A DNA stretch of 63,932 bases, filler included, from Neolecta irregularis DAH-3 (taxonomy: Eukaryota): the NCBI GenBank assembly GCA_001929475.1. It is 5 parts of 5 records of this genome, joined end to end, with 100 filler letters (N's around TTAATTAATTAA, not from the genome) between each part and the next. Parts side by side here need not be neighbours in the genome. Positions count along the whole stretch, not along the records: positions 26,102 to 40,501 come from LXFE01001049.1; positions 40,602 to 61,145 come from LXFE01001054.1; 3 more parts are not named here. The stretch is one strand, 5' to 3'. The stretch's first letter is position 1. Each line of letters begins with the position of its first letter. Shown here piece after piece: positions 36,698 through 48,923 of this stretch. The notes under the pieces are model-generated. The model saw nothing but the letters and a program-made list of their open reading frames with translations, searched no databases and had not been told where the DNA came from. The position numbers were made by a program, and so were the translations under genes.

Positions 36698-39600
36698 TCA
36701 GTGATATATGTAAACCCCAATCATCAATGCCAACCATCCAGTAAATCTCAACCCAGACATCTCCCGTTCATTGTTCTTGGGCCTGTCTCCCAATCTTCCA
36801 GCGAACCAGTCAAATCGCTGTCCAACCGCGAATTCCCCCCTTGAAAATTGACCCATTGTGCGGCCGAGTTCACTTGCAATCCGAATGAATGCTCCTATAG
36901 CTGCGGCGATAATCCGTCGATGACTTTTGATACCAGGAACATCTGAACTAGTCGAATATCGATGAATTTCAGAGAGAATATTAATCAAAAAGACATTGAA
37001 TAATCCAACAACTGAGAACCAAAGAACTCCAAGTCCCATACCCCAAACCCCGCGGAGGAGGCCTATGATGAGACCTAGATTGAGGATAATTAGCATTTCA
37101 CCCGAATTTGGAGAACAGTCCCAGTATGTATGTTCTGGATACATAAACTGCAGAGCGCCATCTCCCTTTGACCAACCGTAAAATCTCCAGAGCGATGGAT
37201 ATCCATTATTCCACCAAGGATGTATGACCTTTAATTTTGGAGCACTAATGAATCCCATTCCATCTTTAACTGTCCGAGTGTAGAACTTCTTCTTCCGAAG
37301 ACAAAAATCGATATCTTCTCCGCCCCCGGTTTTCGGGAATCGAGGATCGAACCAAATGTCATCATCCACTCGTCGAATCATGAGATTCGCGGTGACACCC
37401 CAAGGTACATCAGTCGGAATCTTTTCGGCGACGTCCCAGAAATATGTCACCCCAGCCATGATCACTGCGTTTGAAAGGATCGTTTCTGCGGGAGGAAATT
37501 TAGAATTGCCAATAAAACCACACGCCTTTGGATACTTCCTTGCCATTTTTTCCGCTTCGAATAAGACATTCGGATCAGGGATTACATCGTCATCGAAGAA
37601 AAGAATCCAGTCACCACAGCATTCCTTCAAACCGCGATTTCTCGCTTCTGAGGCCCCTAAATTGGCTTCGTTCACTCGAATTCGAATAAATGGAGAGGAA
37701 TCGTACATATTTTTCAAAGGACCGATATTTGGACTCGCAGGATCATCAATGATGATGATAAACATAACTGATGCGCCCTCAGAACATTTCAGCTCGAGGA
37801 TTCGTTGGAGGTATGGTATGGTCACACGATAACAAGGCACAACAACATCTATTGTAATTTTTCTCGTCGCAGAGATTTCTTGCTTGGCCATCCAATCGCA
37901 GATTGAGTCGATACCACAAGAAAGGCTGTCAAAAGTCCAGTTGTGGGATCCCGCTTTAATGTAACGGGCGGACCCTGCGCCACCGATCTTATTTTCAAGA
38001 CACGTGGTTTCGAGCATAGATGAGCTTCCCCATGGACGATATAACTGGAACAAGTATGGATCGGCATGTTGATTGTTGAAGGTGTCAGGAAAGATTTCGC
38101 CGGAAAATATCTCCATATGTAGTCGTGATACTACAGGGAATGTAGGCATACCGGGAAATGAGATGTCTCGAAATGTTATACATCCGAATCCTTTTGGGAA
38201 GTTTAGTTTTTTTGAGAGATAAAGAAATGCGGCATCAATCTTGGAAGGCCAGGATGGTGTGTGGATAACAACGTCGTCCCCAAATAAGACGAAATAATCA
38301 CAGGCATCGAGATACGCTTGATGAGCAGCATCCCGCCAAATTGAACAGATCGAACCGAGGGGATAACTGAAAGTAAGCGTTGTGATGTCCTCAAAGGCAT
38401 GACTTCGCAGGATGTTTTCTGCTTCAGAAGATTCAACGAGGAATCTATCGCTGTCATCAATGCAAAGGTATATCTTTATCTTAAAGTAATTGCCGCCGTG
38501 AATTCCCACGCGATCAGCATAAGTAGTCGATTGAAGAGACAAGGAAAAATTATGAAGATTTGAGAGACAATCACGTGGGTCGACTGATCCCCGAGAGGTT
38601 ACTGGTAACAAAACTGCGAAGGTTTTGGTGTTGTCCACGTCAAGATGAACCAATTTACTTGCTCTATAGTCTCTCAGAAGACGAGATTTGAGGTCTTCGG
38701 CCACAGGTAATAAAGTCTTCTCAATTTCCAATTCAATTGCTCTAGAAAGAAGACTGATCCCTTATTGTTTAGCCTCGTGTATCAGGAAGAACTTACCAGT
38801 TGCGATATCGATCTTCGGGGTCCATCCTAACTTCATTTTTATAAATGAGCCATCGGAGTTTCTCGAAGCAACTCCTCGTGGTTTCGACAGATCATATGAG
38901 AATATGATATCCTTTCGACTGATTCCGCAGGATTCCCAGGCAAGTATCGCTAATTCTCTGATTTCAATCACCTCCTCAGAACCTATATTGACAGGATCTG
39001 TAAGGTCACTATTGACAAGTAATAAGACTGCATCGATGCAGTCGTCGATATAAAGAAAACTTCGAGTTTGCCTTCCGTCGCCCCAAATTTCCATATCGAG
39101 TTCCCCAGACAACTTCGACGCGATTGCTTTTCGACATAATGCAGCCGGGGCCTTTTCTCGACCACCAAGCCATGTTCCGCCTGGACCATAAACATTATGG
39201 AACCGAGCCGTAAAAATCTGTGTACTCGATTTCAATTGTCTCATAATGATTTCGCTGACAAGTTTCTCGGTTCCATAAAGGTCTTGAGGTGCTGGAGGAT
39301 GTTTCCAGACTTCGTCTTCGTTGAGCTTGATTGACATTCCTACTTCTTGGAGATTTTCTGGATATACACAAGCAGACGAAGCAAAAAAGAACTTTCTAAC
39401 TTTTGTAGAAATGGAGGATATGAGAATGTTCATTGTCATTGTTGAATTTTCCTGATATATGTGAATGTCGTTATGTGAATGGATCGTTCCCATTCCGCCC
39501 ATGTTTGCAGCGAGATGGAAAACCCAGGTGATGCTTTTAACAGCTTGTCGTGCAACGTCTAAGTTACAGAGATCTCCTTGCAAATATTCGGAGCAAGTGA

Positions 39601-39755
39601 GAGTAGGAGATTTTGGTGCCACATCAAGGATACGGACAAAGAATCCCAATTGATAAAGCCTTTTCGCAAGGTGAGAACCCTAATCCGTTACCATTGAAAT
39701 CACTTGCCTCATTTACAATAAAACCATTTCCTCCTGTGATGAGAACCCGATTCAT
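36698..39755 (-). CDS. Fusion protein (~994 aa): GDP-mannose 3,5-epimerase-like SDR + GT-A domain + GT2 domain + C-terminal TM helices
   Basis: Removing GT-AG introns 39680-39716 and 38761-38796 joins three ORFs into one 2985-nt frame. Epimerase motifs: TGGNGFIGSH, LAANMGGMG, ASSACVYP, YGTEK, GGREKAPAA. GT motifs: YFVLFGDDV, NLGASEARNRG, FFDDDV, GGGEDIDFC. Confidence 0.88.
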
Positions 39756-40033
39756 TTTTGGAGAATTGTATATGACGTAACCTTTGAGCAAGCAAAAATC
39801 AACACTTGAAATTTTGTTTGCGTTTTGCAGCACTATCAAAAAGATTTCATAAAATCCTGAAACGTTAAAAGTGAAATTAATTTTTATGAAATTGCAATTT
39901 GTAATATATTTTTATATTTTTATAATATTCCTGTTCAACACATTTTGCAGTCCCATACCAAAATCCGCTAATCCGCAGAGCTGTCGTTGTGGTTGGGGTT
40001 AGCGTCATATCTAAATGCTAGGTAAAGTTTAGC

Positions 40034-40501
40034 CAGTGTTGCGGATGTCCGGACCATGGACTTAATCCGGCCCATGGGCCAAATCGGCAGTGTCACGTGA
40101 TACTAGCTAGTAGTGATTTACCCCGTTATGAAAATAGTTCTCAAACCACATTTTCATAAGTTTGATTAATTGCTGATGTATCAATTGACTGAACACAATT
40201 TTCCCTAGGCTTCTCATATCACCCTCACCATCTACACAGCATACCAGTCCGTTGCAGAACACCTGCACCAGGTCTGCAGATGGATTTTTATGCTGCCAGC
40301 CTTCACCAAGAGATCCAAACCACCCACCTGGAGAGTGCTCTAATCTCAATGACTTTGGTACCATTGGAAAGCCCTCGTCGAGGTGCATCCGCCCGTGGTA
40401 ATTACATATATTTTGAATACAGTGCTTACATGTGATCAGCGTTCCTAACCGACTGGACCAAATAGACCGTCCAAGTAGACTAGACCAGACCGGCAATAAT
40501 T
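40034..40501 (+). mobile_element. DNA-transposon (hAT-like) terminus and degenerate body running into a gap
   Basis: CAGTGTTGCGGATGTCCGGACCATGGACTTAATCCGGCCC...TCACGTGA, similar to the reverse complement of 23205-23306; short AGACC repeats lie near the gap. Confidence 0.5.
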
Positions 40502-40601
40502 NNNNNNNNNNNNNNNNNNNNNNNNNNNNNNNNNNNNNNNNNNNNTTAATTAATTAANNNNNNNNNNNNNNNNNNNNNNNNNNNNNNNNNNNNNNNNNNN
40601 N
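40502..40601. other. Assembly gap
   Basis: N-run with the TTAATTAATTAA linker. Confidence 0.95.
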
Positions 40602-41044
40602 AAGCTAGGCGACATCTCCATGACCGAAAGGACTTCCTTTGAAAGTAGTCAATGATCTATGACCCCTTTAGTCCTGGTACTTTGTGGAGCGCACCAAACG
40701 CGCACCTGAAATTCCAATATGTTAAAAGTCACATTTTATGAAATTTAGTGCGAACCAAACGCACCCTTTTTTATGAAATTTGAAGGTGTGAAATTTGAAA
40801 TCTATTTCGCACAATTCCAAAAAACCCGTTTGGCAGTCCCTTGCCAAATTTTACAAAGTAGCAATTCCGTATCACTGATCTCTTTACATAATAAAGAAAA
40901 TGAGGCTATCTTGTGGTTGCAAGACGCGCGTGTAAACTCTGAATTTCATGAAATTCTGGGAGTGATCTGCGAACGCACCTCAGTTTTGAAATGTAAACAG
41001 ATGTTTTGAACCACACATCGCAACGCGGCGCCTTCACCTCCACC

Positions 41045-43073
41045 ATGATGAAGACTCTGCTCAAAAACGTACCCAGTGAGCGCAGCGATATTTCAGAGAT
41101 AATGTATGAACGCCTTTGAACTATTAAATCTGACTTGGAAGTCAATTTATAACTCGATATATCAACTTCGTTATTGACAGTTCATACTCGTATGATCAGC
41201 TTCGAACGCTTTCCCAATTAAAGCCTATTATACAGGCCCTATACAAGTGCCCTCATTCCGGACTTTTATTTAGTACAATGTGGACATGTATGGAGTTCAG
41301 GAAAACTTGCTATGATGAGAAGTCTGTTGAAGGTGCAAGGTGCATTTCCTTCCGGCATCCTTTTGATGTTCCAGAGCCAATGCCGCAGAAATTGTTGCAA
41401 TACGACTCCTTAGGACCTACTCTCAGCATGATCTAATGATTCATTTGACCAAAATTTTCTCGGTAAATGGGGATGAGATTGGTGATGAGAAATTAACAGA
41501 ACTCTCTGCCCTGGATATAGCCGTAATTGCTTCTGCCAAACATTTCCTATCGTCCATGGCGGTGAGACGAATAGTGAACGATATATGGTTCGGAAATATC
41601 TCTTTCTGGGGAGATATCGACGTGATTGGTTCCAGAGCGCAGAAAGCAGCCAGCATATACCGCCCTACCGGAGACTTCTGGGTTGGATATAGTCGTTTAC
41701 GTGTTCCTCGTTATAAATTCGCCATAGAGACATTCAATTTTGTCATTGTTCTTGGGTTATACTGTGTTGTTCTAATTAACAAGAACAATGTGAAAAACAC
41801 ACATCTCACCCCTGTCGAGATTCTGCTCGATGTCTGGTTCATAAGTTTTCTTCACGATGAGATTGGACAGATTCGAGATGCAGGCCATACGGGGCTCTAT
41901 ACTGCGGACGTCTTGAATCTTTTTGACGTTGGGATGCTGGTCATTTTCATTGTTTGGATAGTGTTGAGGGTCGTGGGACGAAACAGTATATACTATACGG
42001 AACTGGCCTTTGATGTTTTGAGTCTGGAGGCATTATTTCTAATTCCTCGGTAAGAGGTACCATTATCAGTAAATTGATTGGTCAGTGTTTTCTCTGCACT
42101 CACTCTTATACCGTATTACGGAGCCCTGCTCACAAGTACGCCTTTTTACCGATATCTTATTTAACATTAGGCTTACGTCAAATGGTTTTCTAATTCTTAT
42201 ATCCTCCGAAGAATTTTATTGATCTTTAGATTAAAGACTTCGTCAAGTTTTTGGTCCTGATATCTGTCCTATGTGCTGGCTTTATATTCTCTTTCGTTAT
42301 TTTGGCCAGGAATACGTTCTCGTTTAATAAAATGGGTATCCATTAACATGAGGGAGCACAATAGTTTGCTAAAACATCTAGTCTGGATGCTCATTCGAAT
42401 CTTTTATGGCTCAACATATATGTGCGTATTTTTGGTAAGAATCTTCCCTAGATACTGACCATTTAGTGGTTTTGACCAGATGTATGAGATCAATCCAATA
42501 TTCGGCCCGCCACTCATGTTGCTCTTTGTGACACTCACGAATTTTCTACTTCTTACAGTAAGTTTTTCACGTCATATCTCTTACTAGCCTCATCAGATCC
42601 TTATATCAATACTCTCGTCCAAATTCGCAAACACGAACTCGGTCCTCGAGTTTCATTACAGTTTTGCGACTTCATGTCTCGAAGCATGCTTGTCTGACCA
42701 TCTTTCACACTTTGCTCCGCCATTTAATCTCATTCAACTCGTTGTCATGCGCCCTTTGCGTATTTTCTTTTCCTCTTCTCAAACACGTGGCCGCAGTATC
42801 AAATTTCATCTATTTAAAGTGACACACTGGCCATATTTGTGGTGTATCTCGGTTTTTGAATGGTGCTGGTACAGAACAAAGCGCTTCTCTACAATGTCTC
42901 CGAACGATCGGCACTTTCTGAGTGGGGAATTTCCTGCGGATGATGGCGATGACATGAACATTGAGAGTGTTCTTGTCCTGTTGGTGGAAGAAATAAGCGA
43001 AATCAGAAAGTCCGTTGATCAGCTGAAGCAAACTCAATCTACAGCTGCAAAAACCTCGAAGGCAGAAAGATAG
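41045..43073 (+). CDS. YVC1: Yvc1/TRPY1-like vacuolar TRP cation channel (multi-exon)
   Basis: LSALDIAVIASAKHFLS...IWFGNI, SRLRVPRY, AFDVLSLEALFLIPR, FGPPLMLLFVTLTNFLLLT|ILISILS and FAPPFNLI. The 5' exons are uncertain. Confidence 0.8.
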
Positions 43074-43515
43074 GGTATTATATTGTGCCTTAAACGATGA
43101 TCCGTCTATTTAGAGAACATTCTTGACAAGACTTTTATCGAACTTAGCTGTCGTATTTCTTACCCCTGGTACTATGTCCATCGCTCAATAACCTGGGTTT
43201 GCTGTACATTTTCTAGTTTGGGACTATCGCCATTTCATAACCTCATGTCGTTCCAGTGAACTTGCGAACCACCAACAAGTCTCGTCAGATTTGCTTTACC
43301 AGTCATTCGATTGCATTAGCCGAGCTTAATTCGATACAATTTTCAAGAATTTTGCACATTCCGGGAAGGTGAGGGGAAAACGGGGAAGTGTCTGCCTAAA
43401 TTTGATGACATCATTCTTTTTATTTGTACACGGTCTTGGTCAGACTTGACGCACCGCACATCCGAATTGTCGTCCATGTTGACTTATCTCCATTTTGTCG
43501 CATATCTCCACACCA

Positions 43516-44808
43516 ATGCTACTCTCGCCAATCTTTCAACCTTTCAAAGAAGGTTCTCATGATTTCTGTCTCCCGCTTCCAGTAGCATCTGCCATTTCTC
43601 ATCATGTCCATTCATCAATAGCCTCTGACTCGCGTTGGATAGATCCCATTTGGAGCGACAGTATCGAGAGCCAGTCGTCCTACAAAGGACCTCAGTTCGA
43701 CTCTGCCAAAGAGCTCCAATGGGAAACAAATGTTGAGGAAGTAGACCCTCCCCACTCGAGTTTCCCTGACCTCAGACCTCTACAGAAACTCTGTCGTCTG
43801 TCTTAACTGAGGCTGCTTCCACTACAACTTGCACGATTGGGAACTCCGATATCGAAGATGAACGTCTTTCTCAGCTCTTTCCGCCCTTGGAATTATCAAA
43901 CGAGCTCGATATGGGCAATTTACTTATTAAACCCATGGATGGCAAAGGTGCTGGATCAGACGATTCCCTTCAACTTGAGGCTCCGGATATTCGAGTAGTC
44001 ATTCATGTCGATGTTGAAGGAGAAGAAGAAGGCACAAGATATCCTTGCATCATCCCCCACACTCGCAAACGAAAGCACAAAATGAAAGAAATAGTATATC
44101 GGAAGAAACGAACGCGTAAATCAATCTCGTTGACCGCCCGCTCACCAAGCCCTACTTCTCTTCCGAAACATCAACACTTTCAATCACCTGCCCCATCTTC
44201 GTCATCATTATCTTCCCCGCCTTCTTCCTCTCCACCTCCTTCTTCTTCACAATCCAAAGCCCTTTCTTCATTAGGAGTCTCTTCTTTGCCTCACAGACTC
44301 CTTCCTCCATCACACAAAGACTTACCTCCAAATATACCCATAAACGAGGCTTTTCCTCGTTTCTACTACCTGTATCCCACAGGCGACATCTACACGCCTA
44401 CCCAAACCCGCGGGAAGTCAACTACAAAAGAAGCGAAATGCAATCTGTGTCCCACACCTTCGTGGCACCAAATGAAAGTTTCTGCATACTGGTACCATAT
44501 GAACTACTATCACGGAATAAGTAGTACCCTAAAGCGTCCTTTCTCGTCCACCCCCTCACCCCGCACGCCCAACTGATGTCTGTAGCCCGCCGCTCGATTT
44601 TCGCACGGGAAAAGCGAAGAATGAACGAGTCGTGGGAGCAGGTACTGTCCGCTTGACCATAGTTGAGGGACTCTGCCATCAGTGTCGAAAATGGGTTGCT
44701 TTGCAAGGTGTCAAAGATATGAATGTTAAAGTCCCAGAAATTTACTGGTGGAAACATGCACAAAAGTATAATTACTATCTACCCTTTTTTATATATAAAG
44801 ATGGGTGA
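43516..44808 (+). CDS. Putative transcription regulator with a Rua1_C/DUF4451-like Zn-binding C-terminal domain
   Basis: DIYTP..TRG...KEAKCNLC....W..MKVSAYWYHMNYYHGIS and the last exon EGLCHQCRKWVALQGVK...EIYWWKHAQK. Both ends are uncertain. Confidence 0.65.
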
Positions 44809-45442
44809 TTGATTTAGTTGCTAATAATCTAGATGCCATAGAACTGGACTCGAATCTTGAAATGTCCCGATTTTTATTCTGTTGTCTAGGAATATTTATT
44901 GCGCTCTTGCAATTATCCCTTATTATTTCGCGAAGAGGATGATGATGATGAGAACTTTTGCCAGTATGATTAATTGATCTATATCGCGATGAATATTGAA
45001 CGATATCCAATTATAATTGTCTAAAAATACTATAAAAGTAAAGCCCGGCGTGCAAAACAAAGGGAATAACATAGACCCTACTTTTCATTTGAGCACACGA
45101 CAAATTTGCAATTCTGACAGAGAAATCTGTCGAGCAGCTTTCATTATCGACCTTCTTTTAATTACAGTGTTTTTTAAGATCATTTTTCCTTTGTGATAAA
45201 TTATCTGCCCATAATCAAATGATAATACTCTGAGAAAGGTTTTATCTTAATTCCAACGATTACCACTATGCATATAAAAAACGTTTAGCTGACTAACCCT
45301 CGCTGCTTTCCAACAACCCCTTTTCTTTTTGAGAACGATTGATTTAATACCATGAAAACTCGAGCTTTACCAAGAAATTAGTAATTCCAGCATGAAGTAG
45401 TAGCCAACATGATTTTGTTTTTACAGATTCCGTTCTCACCAT

Positions 45443-47209
45443 TCATATCAATGCCTGGCCCCTAATAACGGCATTCCGAATTTCTCTAACCCAGGAACCT
45501 CCGTATTTTTCATTATTTATGATCAGGAAAGCTCGCCCTCGTCGACCTGCTCGACCAGTTCGTCCAATTCTATGTAGAAGGTCAATACTGGAATGTGGTG
45601 TATCGAAAAGAATAACATTCTTCACATTAATGGTATCGAGTCCTCGGGATCCCAGATCGGTAGTAACAAGGATTTTCATCCCATGTTTCTCATCATCAGA
45701 TGTATCTTCTAAGAATTCTGCCATTCGATCCTTACGATCATCAACATCACGAGTGAATGCAAATGCATTTTGATCCTTGTTCTTTAGCCATTCCGCGAGT
45801 TTCGGTGCTTCCGTCCTTTCATTCACAAAGACCATAACTCTTTTCACGCGACCCTCTTCCGTTTTATCATTGGAAATTTCCCGGAGACATGAGAGGCAAG
45901 CGTTCTCTTTTCGGCGAGCGTAAGCACCTTCAGTTGCATCGATAACTTCAAATTGGATTCTTCGAGGAACAGCATGAAGATGAGGTGTCACAATACGGTG
46001 GATATCTGGATAGTATCGTTCAAGATAAGAATCCAAAGCACGTGGTATGGTAGCTGAGCAGAGAACTAGACGATGAAGGTGAATCGCTCTGTCGATTATC
46101 GGAATAACAAGGGGTGCAAACGATTCGTCAAATAGGGAATCAGCTTCATCAATGACTAGATGTGTCACATCAGAAGTTCTTAAGCCATCCGTGATCAAAC
46201 TTTGCAACCGATGGGGCGTACAAACCAAAACATCAATGGGTTTTTTCAGAACGTTGTCAATGATAACAGCATGCTTCATATCCCGCCGCACACCGAAGGA
46301 TGATATTTTTGCGGAATGAGACATTTTCTTGATGAGCTTTGAAATTTGAGAGACAAGCTCGCCACTTGGAACAAGGATGATCGATCTTGGTGATCCTGAT
46401 CTGCGTAAATTCGCCAAGTTCTCGGTTTGTTCTTCCACCTTCAAATGGTGAAGCAGAGGGGCAAGATATGCGAGCGTTTTCCCGGAGCCGGTTTCGCTAG
46501 CAATGAGAAACGAATTAGGGTGATCGGATTTTTGATTGCGCGGTGCTAGTAAAGGAGGTATAGCGATCTTCTGTATGGCGGACGGTTGGATATATGACAA
46601 GCCTCTGAGAGCTTCGGATATGATAGCTTCTTGAATAGGTTTGAGTAATCCAAAGCTCTCAAAGGACATATGCAGGGCGATTTTTGACTTCACAGAGTTT
46701 CGAGAAGTGTAGGGAATAGCTTTCAAGGAAGCTGATCTTTCGAGTACTGACACTTTGGGTGTTTCTCGATGCCCATGCCCATGACGATTAACTTTTGGCT
46801 TAGCAACCGATACAGCAGTTTTAGGTATTTTCTCTGCTTTTACTGTGACAAACCGAACAGGTCGCCTGTAACCAGCTCCAACAACGGGTTCAGCCGACCT
46901 CTCTACTCTCCTGCGGAGGCGGGCTTCATCAGATCTTCGGTTGTATTCTATGGTTTTCAGTGGTATACGTATTTTCTCTAAACGTTCGTTCATTCGGCGA
47001 GAGTTGCTTAGGTTGAGGTTTCGCGGGGCTTGTTTGGCATATTTACCGACAGATTTGGATAACCGTAATTGTGCAGGTTTCTTTCTGGCAATCCGAAGCG
47101 TAGCCATAGACCTAGCCGATGCCATTGATACCCAAGACAGTTGTAGGACACAAAAAATACAGATATTAGATGCTGCAGTTCTCGATATAAGCGGCGTTCT
47201 TAAGTTCAT
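45443..47209 (-). CDS. MRH4: Mitochondrial DEAD-box RNA helicase Mrh4
   Basis: Intronless, 588 aa, with a basic N-terminal extension; IASETGSGKTLAYL, DEADSLFDESF, CSATIP, TDLGSRGLD and HRIGRTGRAG. Confidence 0.85.
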   Translation of the reverse strand: MNLRTPLISRTAASNICIFCVLQLSWVSMASARSMATLRIARKKPAQLRLSKSVGKYAKQAPRNLNLSNSRRMNERLEKIRIPLKTIEYNRRSDEARLRRRVERSAEPVVGAGYRRPVRFVTVKAEKIPKTAVSVAKPKVNRHGHGHRETPKVSVLERSASLKAIPYTSRNSVKSKIALHMSFESFGLLKPIQEAIISEALRGLSYIQPSAIQKIAIPPLLAPRNQKSDHPNSFLIASETGSGKTLAYLAPLLHHLKVEEQTENLANLRRSGSPRSIILVPSGELVSQISKLIKKMSHSAKISSFGVRRDMKHAVIIDNVLKKPIDVLVCTPHRLQSLITDGLRTSDVTHLVIDEADSLFDESFAPLVIPIIDRAIHLHRLVLCSATIPRALDSYLERYYPDIHRIVTPHLHAVPRRIQFEVIDATEGAYARRKENACLSCLREISNDKTEEGRVKRVMVFVNERTEAPKLAEWLKNKDQNAFAFTRDVDDRKDRMAEFLEDTSDDEKHGMKILVTTDLGSRGLDTINVKNVILFDTPHSSIDLLHRIGRTGRAGRRGRAFLIINNEKYGGSWVREIRNAVIRGQALI

Positions 47210-47480
47210 ATTTTTGAACTGAGTAGGATAAATTTTGGGCGGCTGGCTAAATTAAAAAGATTTAAGGGACGACATGGACTACCTCTCACTCCATCACCCA
47301 ATTTGTCAACCTCTGTCCTCCACCATTCCTGCACGCTATCTGTAAACTTTAATCCATAGCAGGTGCTTTTTGGCTGTAAACATACCCATACTAGCAAGAG
47401 AGCAAAGGCTGCTTTTAACATTGGTGCTCTTATTCGAGTAAGGCCCTTTCCAAACAAACTAGTTACGATAAACTGGAACA

Positions 47481-48542
47481 ATGCAAATGCATGGATTATG
47501 TTGTGACCACTATTGCAAACGCCGAAAAACTCGAGTTTTCAAGTCTCCTTTGAATGTTAGAGATTTGGCACATAACTGGGAGGCAGCTGAGACTGGTGCA
47601 CAAGTTCCATTTAGACGTTTTCCAAGTGGTGTATCATCCATAACCTCACAGCCTCGCATGCCTAGCGAGACAGCATACAACTCAAGATATGCTTTAAACC
47701 ATAAGTCTCCTATTGACGGTGGCTCTGTTAAAAGTCGTACTACGAATTTCACTGCCTATTCTCATAGCACTTTTCCACACACTCCTCAGTCTACTTCCTA
47801 TCGCGGTGAACACTTTCACTTTAAAAGTGACTTCACTTCTGGACTGTATGCAAAAGATTCATGCCATTCGTCTCTACCTTACTCTCATATTGTTTCCCCC
47901 TGCTCTAAAGATTCCTCTGTTGGTCGAATCACAATACCTGATGCATTTTTGCATGAGGATGATCGTGGCTCTTCAGACACACTCAGAGGCAATCGATTTC
48001 ATATTCACCCACAAGAACGGAGGACTCCTCTCTGCCGAAATGATCTTCTGGAAGTCTTGGTCGGTCAGAGTGCTGTTGAAAAAGGCATAGAAAGAACTGC
48101 GCCTGATAAAATTCGCTCTTCGCCTCTATACTGTCTCGAAAAGGAATCATTTGGTTTTATGAATTCTTCTCCTTACAGTACAATGAAGAAGTCTCCGTAT
48201 AGTACGCTCAAGAACTATCCTTCACCCATGGCCCCAGAACCGTTACTCTCAAAAAAATACAAGCCCACGTTAGAAAAGATACACAACATGGGTGCTCTTC
48301 ATCCTGTACACTCACAATTCAGTCGATATAATGTGAATGCAGTTTATCCTTCTAGACACTCTGAGGTCATTGGTAAGTCAACAGGTACAGTAATTCAACT
48401 ACACGACACGAGTTTCAACGAAGATGATGCAAGTTTAGATGGTAGAACTACAAGAACGAGTGTGTTTAGACGACGAAGGGTCTCAGCCTTTGTAAAAAAC
48501 ATGATGAGAAGGTTTGGTGATGAGACTAGCATGCTCGAATAA
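47481..48542 (+). CDS. Hypothetical Ser/Pro-rich protein with no recognised domain
   Basis: 353-codon ORF filling the space between MRH4 and DRS2; the true start may be MPSETAY near 47658. Confidence 0.55.
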   Translation: MQMHGLCCDHYCKRRKTRVFKSPLNVRDLAHNWEAAETGAQVPFRRFPSGVSSITSQPRMPSETAYNSRYALNHKSPIDGGSVKSRTTNFTAYSHSTFPHTPQSTSYRGEHFHFKSDFTSGLYAKDSCHSSLPYSHIVSPCSKDSSVGRITIPDAFLHEDDRGSSDTLRGNRFHIHPQERRTPLCRNDLLEVLVGQSAVEKGIERTAPDKIRSSPLYCLEKESFGFMNSSPYSTMKKSPYSTLKNYPSPMAPEPLLSKKYKPTLEKIHNMGALHPVHSQFSRYNVNAVYPSRHSEVIGKSTGTVIQLHDTSFNEDDASLDGRTTRTSVFRRRRVSAFVKNMMRRFGDETSMLE

Positions 48543-48923
48543 TAGTGTATTTTTTTCAGCGGAGCGTGGCCTTAAACTTCTGGGCTTTGATCGACCGCTA
48601 TTCTAAACACTATTCTACAATTAACCGACATATGATTTGTGAGCAATGGCTATCCGTAACTATATATGTTTCCTTATGCGTTTTGCTAAAGTTGCCGCCA
48701 AATTGGCACCCTCGAGTTTCTAACCAACTGTGGCTGCCCCGAATCCACAAAGCCCCCGTACAAACAACTATCTTTTTTATCGCTATATACCCGGAACTCG
48801 CGACTTGACAGATACTTGTTTTGCTGAGAATTAAGACAATTTAGACGCGGAGCCGTCGCCGGCGAATTTCCTGTTTTTAGTTGATTTGATTGGACCGGGC
48901 GATCTGGAAGCACGAAACAGTTG

